Below, piece after piece: positions 62,645-64,000 of a stretch of DNA of 64,000 bases. The notes under the pieces were generated by a model. The model saw nothing but the letters and a program-made list of their open reading frames with translations, was not told where the DNA came from and searched no databases. Positions within the stretch are counted from its first letter, which is position 1; every line of letters starts with the position of its first letter. The stretch spans positions 1 to 64,000 of the forward strand of contig JBBFKZ010000009.1 in the NCBI GenBank assembly GCA_037481775.1. The letters are read 5' to 3'. The stretch comes from Candidatus Bathyarchaeia archaeon (GTDB lineage: Archaea > Thermoproteota > Bathyarchaeia > Bathyarchaeales > Bathycorpusculaceae). The position numbers and the translations under genes are program-made.

Positions 62645-63256
62645 TTACGTATCTGTTCTAGGCTGTTCCTCTTCCTTCGCGGCTTCGCCAAATATGCGTT
62701 TCAATTCTTTCTTCATAACGGCAATATCATGGCTTAGCCCGAAGTAATCGGCAAAATAATCTGTTGTCCTCAGCGTCATGGAGCGGCCGCTTCTTTCAGT
62801 CGCAATCAGCCCCATGTCCTTGAGAAGCTTTATGTGGCCGTAGGCATGTTGCCCTCGCACTTGGATTACTCGTTTCTGCGTGATCGGCTGTCTATAAGCG
62901 ATGTAGGCAAGTGTTTTCAGCGGACCCGCAGACAATAGAGGCTTGTTGACAAGTTTCTTAACCAACGGCGTAAATTCAGCTTTTAACTGCAGAACAAAGC
63001 GCTCGTCTTTCAGCGCTAATATTTCAAGCGCCGTGTTTCGTGAGGCATATTCCTGCATGAGTATCTTAACGTACTTGCTAGTTTTCTGTTGAGATCTTGT
63101 GTTCAAAACTGAAGATAACTCATTAAGGCTTAGAGGGCGACCCGCAACGTATAAAGCTGCTTCAATTAGCCTCAAGCAATGTTTTGTTTTCTCTGCTTCT
63201 TGCGCTCGCTTGTTCTCATCCTTTGCGCTAGATGCCTGTTTTTTCGTCTCCTGCAA
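62645..63256 (-). CDS. scpB: SMC-Scp complex subunit ScpB
   Basis: IEAALY..G.PLS, TLAYIAYRQPIT...IQVRG, TT..F..YFG. Confidence 0.92.
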   Translation of the reverse strand: MQETKKQASSAKDENKRAQEAEKTKHCLRLIEAALYVAGRPLSLNELSSVLNTRSQQKTSKYVKILMQEYASRNTALEILALKDERFVLQLKAEFTPLVKKLVNKPLLSAGPLKTLAYIAYRQPITQKRVIQVRGQHAYGHIKLLKDMGLIATERSGRSMTLRTTDYFADYFGLSHDIAVMKKELKRIFGEAAKEEEQPRTDT

Positions 63257-63926
63257 TGTTCAGGTTCCCCATGGCTATGTATATTTCTTCTGTCGCTTCA
63301 TCTTGCCACAGACTTATTTTTCCTTCTTGCGCCAGAAACAGTAATAGAATGAATGTGCGGATTGCTTCTATTCTGGTTATCCCTTTTATAAGTGATGAAA
63401 ACTCGATTATTCCCACGCCTTTAACTTTCTCGCAGAGAAGAGCATACAGCTTCTCCATTTGTATTTCAATTTCCATCAGAAACATGTCTATCTGAGGCAT
63501 TATATCAGAGACGGCTGGGAGAACAGGGTGTGCGACAACTCTGTCCAAACTCGGCAGTTTTTCCCCCTTCAAAACGTCATCCAAAACTTCCAGCAAATGC
63601 TGAATGGTTGTTGATGTAAACTCATGTCTCAAAGGCAAGAACAGAGGCGGCGGAACAAAATCCTGAGGTGTCTTTGGCGGTTCAGGTGGTTCCTGAAGAG
63701 TAAGCAGAAGCTTGGACTTCATCAAATAGATAAGTGCTGAAGAGTCTAAAGCCACGCCGGAAGCACGGAAATCCACTTTGCCGGTGCGCTCCATTTCCAA
63801 AAGAAACGAGGTGAGCAAATAAGCGATGTTTACGTTCCAAGGCGTAAGCTTTTCAAGTTTGCTGATTTCGAAGAGAATATTCCATGGAGGTCTCAAATAA
63901 AAGGGCTTTTTTACTACCGCTGACAT
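63228..63926 (-). CDS. scpA: Kleisin ScpA
   Basis: PWNVNI, DFRASG.AL.SSA...MKS, TFILLLFLAQEGKI.LWQ; between smc and scpB. Confidence 0.85.
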   Translation of the reverse strand: MSAVVKKPFYLRPPWNILFEISKLEKLTPWNVNIAYLLTSFLLEMERTGKVDFRASGVALDSSALIYLMKSKLLLTLQEPPEPPKTPQDFVPPPLFLPLRHEFTSTTIQHLLEVLDDVLKGEKLPSLDRVVAHPVLPAVSDIMPQIDMFLMEIEIQMEKLYALLCEKVKGVGIIEFSSLIKGITRIEAIRTFILLLFLAQEGKISLWQDEATEEIYIAMGNLNIAGDEKTGI

Positions 63927-64000
63927 TTAAGCAGTTGCCTCCAAGAATTTTGCGGCGATAACGTTTGAAACGCCGTTTTGGCCATATACGCCGTAAACTT
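63927..64000 (-). CDS. smc: Chromosome segregation protein SMC, 3' end only
   Basis: Reads VYGVYGQNGVSNVIAAKFLEATA*, a typical SMC C-terminal strand; stop abuts the scpA ATG. Confidence 0.7.
   Translation of the reverse strand, partial: VYGVYGQNGVSNVIAAKFLEATA

Overview
Gene-dense (about 75 CDS) archaeal chromosome segment, most likely Bathyarchaeia (TACK). This is inferred from eS25/eS26/eS17/eS1 ribosomal proteins, an HMf-type histone plus Alba, an smc-scpA-scpB cluster and paired large PQQ-like beta-propeller surface proteins. Most content is housekeeping: RNA modification (RtcA, Trm5, TruD, Sua5, Clp1), proteostasis (Cdc48, two thermosome subunits, a ubiquitin-like SAMP, a PAC4-like protein), ether-lipid synthesis (GGR, AIP synthase, Tes), DNA repair (Nth, XPD, TatD), GlmS, PyrC, ThyA, ACD alpha and TrpB2. 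I recognised no rRNA, tRNA, CRISPR array, transposase or integrase. Main observations: (1) four conserved genes, including RNA polymerase Rpo6, have no ATG/GTG/TTG upstream of their conserved N-terminal motifs and appear to start at ATA, ACG, ATA and CTG, against a background of frequent TTG starts; (2) a near-identical 55-bp intergenic element occurs twice, 44.5 kb apart; (3) a TrpY-trpB2 divergon carries a perfect TGTACA-N4-TGTACA operator; (4) two PQQ-like proteins share a constant C-terminal module and sorting-like tail and flank a 7TM + wHTH gene pair; (5) a eukaryote-like PAC4 homolog, an MsrB-cupin fusion and an ArsR regulator with an unusual C-terminal domain opposite glmS. All family calls come from motif recognition by eye; no database searches were run.
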